Source of the DNA: an uncultured candidate division Zixibacteria bacterium | GTDB lineage: Bacteria > Zixibacteria > MSB-5A5 > GN15 > FEB-12 | Reading direction: 5' to 3' | Length of the DNA stretch: 64,000 bases | Assembly: GCA_963664195.1 (NCBI GenBank) | Contig: OY760907.1 | Coordinates: 2,592,001-2,656,000, forward strand | Made by a program: the position numbers and the translations under genes | Notes under the pieces: model-generated | Seen by the model: only the letters and a program-made list of their open reading frames with translations | Told to the model about the DNA's origin: nothing | Database searches by the model: none | Shown: positions 62,015-64,000 of the stretch, piece after piece | How positions within the stretch are numbered: position 1 is the first letter of the stretch | How the letters are laid out: each line of letters opens with the position of its first letter

Positions 62015-62527
62015 CTACTCCCCCAACACCTCCTTCACAAACTCATCCTTCGCGGCTGTGTAGGATTCGCGGTCATTCGGGAACTCCGTGCGGAGTCGCG
62101 CTTTCAAGTCGGCGTATCTCCGCCGAATGTCGGGGTTGGCTCGGAGCAGGTCGCGGAAACGAAGATAGTTGCGCCATTGAGGATCGTCGCGTTCAACGAC
62201 GTGCAGATGAATCGTCCGAACGTCCGGCGATGACTCCCGTACCAGCAGCCAACCGCCCTCATCGCCGCCGTCACCTCGATCAATATAGCCGATGCCCGTC
62301 AAGCGGGGGAGAAGCTCCGCAATCGCTTCCGTGCGGTCGAGGGCGATGACGATATCCAGGATCGGTTTGGCGGGCAGGTCCGGCACCGCAGTGCTCCCGA
62401 CATGCTGGACGTCGTCGATCATATCACCGACGGCTCGTCGCAACTCCTCACACGCCTCCGCGCCGAGCGTCAGCCATTCGGGGTCGTGTTCGACAATTCG
62501 TACGGTGTGTCGTTTGAGTCCGATCAT
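62015..62527 (-). CDS. GrpB/UPF0157 family nucleotidyltransferase-fold protein
   Basis: HVGSTAVP.L.AKPILD, HLHV, FRD.LR, Y..LK, YT.AK motifs. Confidence 0.9.
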   Translation of the reverse strand: MIGLKRHTVRIVEHDPEWLTLGAEACEELRRAVGDMIDDVQHVGSTAVPDLPAKPILDIVIALDRTEAIAELLPRLTGIGYIDRGDGGDEGGWLLVRESSPDVRTIHLHVVERDDPQWRNYLRFRDLLRANPDIRRRYADLKARLRTEFPNDRESYTAAKDEFVKEVLGE

Positions 62528-62539
62528 AACTCAGTTGCA

Positions 62540-62739
62540 TCGATAGGTTGGCGGTGACAGGGGCAGACGGGGGCGCCGACTCGTCGGGTTTCTGCCGCCC
62601 ACGGAATCATGGGTTCTGTTCAGTCGATAGGTTGGCGGTGAAAGGGGCAGACGGGGGCGTCTGCCGCCTACGGAAATCTTCAATATCGAATCCTGTGGAT
62701 TCGATCCTTCCGGCAGGTCTGAAGACAGACCTGCCCTAC
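62540..62739 (-). repeat. Tandem duplication of a family B REP unit plus a GTAG REP
   Basis: TCGATAGGTTGGCGGTGA.AGGGGCAGACGGGGGCG at 62540 and 62624; GGCAGGTCTGAAGACAGACCTGCCCTAC at 62712. Confidence 0.85.
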
Positions 62740-62764
62740 GAAGAACACTATCGTTGGGACTGAC

Positions 62765-63202
62765 CTACCCCTCTTCCGCCATGATCTTTTCGACCCGGCG
62801 GGTGTGGCGGCCACCCTCGAAATCTGTTTCAAGGAACGCTTTAAGTATCGGCGCTATGTCTTCTAATGACGTGTACTTGGCGGCCATCGTCAGGACGTTC
62901 GCGTCGTTGTGTGAACGGGTCAGCTCGGCCATGTCGACGTTCAACGCCAGCCCCGCACGGACGCCCTTCACTTTGTTCGCTGCCATCATCATGCCGTTTC
63001 CGGTCCAGCAGACGTTGACCCCTGTGTCAACCGTACCGTCGGCGACCATGTGCGCAACCTTCAACCCGAAATCAGGGTAGTCGCACGATGCCAATGAATC
63101 CGTCCCGCAATCAACCACCTCGTGGCCCATCGCTTCGAGTGCCTCTTTCACTTTCGCCTTGAACTCGAAACCGGCGTGGTCTGCTCCAACTGCTATTTTC
63201 AT
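62765..63202 (-). CDS. rpiB: Ribose 5-phosphate isomerase B
   Basis: GADHAG, DYPD, C.TG.G, ANKVKGVRA, HNDANVL, FEGGRH motifs. Confidence 0.93.
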   Translation of the reverse strand: MKIAVGADHAGFEFKAKVKEALEAMGHEVVDCGTDSLASCDYPDFGLKVAHMVADGTVDTGVNVCWTGNGMMMAANKVKGVRAGLALNVDMAELTRSHNDANVLTMAAKYTSLEDIAPILKAFLETDFEGGRHTRRVEKIMAEEG

Positions 63203-63205
63203 ATA

Positions 63206-64000
63206 CTATTCCGTGACCTTTGTATGTTCGTTGACGTACGTCAGCCAGCCGCGACGGTTGCCCGCCCTGCCTCCGACGATGTCGAAAAAGGCGTCTTGAA
63301 GCTGCTTGGTGATGGGGCCGCGTCTGCCCTCGCCGATTTGGATGTCGTCGATTTTCGAGATAGGGGAGACCTCCGCCGCCGAGCCGGTGAAAAAGACTTC
63401 GTCAGCCACGTAGAGCATCTCGCGCGGGATGTCCTGTTCAATCACTTTGATTCCCAAGTCCCCGGCCAGTTTGATGACGCTATCGCGCGTGATCCCGGCC
63501 AGAATCGAGGAAGCGAAAGTGGGAGTGATCACAATACCGTCGCGCACGATGAAGATGTTTTCAGCCGAGCCTTCGGAAACGTGCCCGGCGGTATCGAGCG
63601 CGATTCCCTCGACGTATCCGCGCGACATAGCTTCCATCTTGATCAGTTGGCAGTTCATGTAGTTGGCGCCCGCTTTGGCCATGGCCGGCATGGTGTTCGG
63701 TGCGAGGCGGTTCCACGACGACACGCAGACCGATATCCCTTGCTCCAGAGCTTCCGGCCCGAGGTACTTTCCCCACGGCCAGACGGCGATAGCGAGATCA
63801 ACCGGGCAGGGTTTCGGATCGACGCCGAGTTCGGCGAACCCACGGTAGGCTATCGGTCTCACATAGCAGGATTCGAGTTTGTTGGCCGCGATCAGGTCGA
63901 TGATGGCCTGGTCGATTTGTTCCGGCGTGTAGGGGATATCCATGCGATAGATTTTGGCCGAATCGTGGAGGCGTTTTGTGTGATCGCGTAGTCTGAACAG
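63206..64000 (-). CDS. ilvE: Branched-chain amino acid aminotransferase (5' end outside the window)
   Basis: [38 protein letters not shown]; frame stays open to the window edge. Confidence 0.93.
   Translation of the reverse strand: MFRLRDHTKRLHDSAKIYRMDIPYTPEQIDQAIIDLIAANKLESCYVRPIAYRGFAELGVDPKPCPVDLAIAVWPWGKYLGPEALEQGISVCVSSWNRLAPNTMPAMAKAGANYMNCQLIKMEAMSRGYVEGIALDTAGHVSEGSAENIFIVRDGIVITPTFASSILAGITRDSVIKLAGDLGIKVIEQDIPREMLYVADEVFFTGSAAEVSPISKIDDIQIGEGRRGPITKQLQDAFFDIVGGRAGNRRGWLTYVNEHTKVTE

Overview
Bacterial chromosomal window, moderately GC-rich and diderm (Omp85, PorV/FadL-like barrels, heptose-LPS enzymes). The gene content is compatible with an FCB-related lineage such as Zixibacteria, but that is only an impression. 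Order: tRNA-Arg(CCT); envelope and housekeeping genes (NhaP, FadL/PorV-like barrels, GH57, M48, phosphoglycosyl transferase, PEGA and FN3 proteins, sigma-54 response regulator, sbcD, NSS transporter, uppP, GT9-GmhB fusion, peptidase-propeller-Omp85, BamB-like, HEAT); hsp20-dnaJ-clpB (clpB frameshifted); an archaeal-type HMG-CoA synthase/thiolase/DUF35 triad; atuA-liuBCD-like genes; a thiolase-hbd-acyl-CoA dehydrogenase operon; an accessory TIGR04141/DUF6119-like gene; grpB, rpiB and a partial ilvE. Many intergenic spaces hold short palindromic REP-like repeats of at least five families. Two signals stand out. (1) A 15-16 bp micro-element (3 nt, usually AAC/ACC, plus a hairpin NNN-AC-NN-GT-N'N'N' with co-varying arms) is inserted without a consistent target duplication at a fixed distance from the 5' tag of several unrelated REP families; there are 8 copies, with filled/empty sister pairs inside the window. 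(2) A small GIY-YIG nuclease and other accessory genes each sit between converging copies of one palindromic repeat family. All product calls come from motif recognition in the translations; no searches were run.
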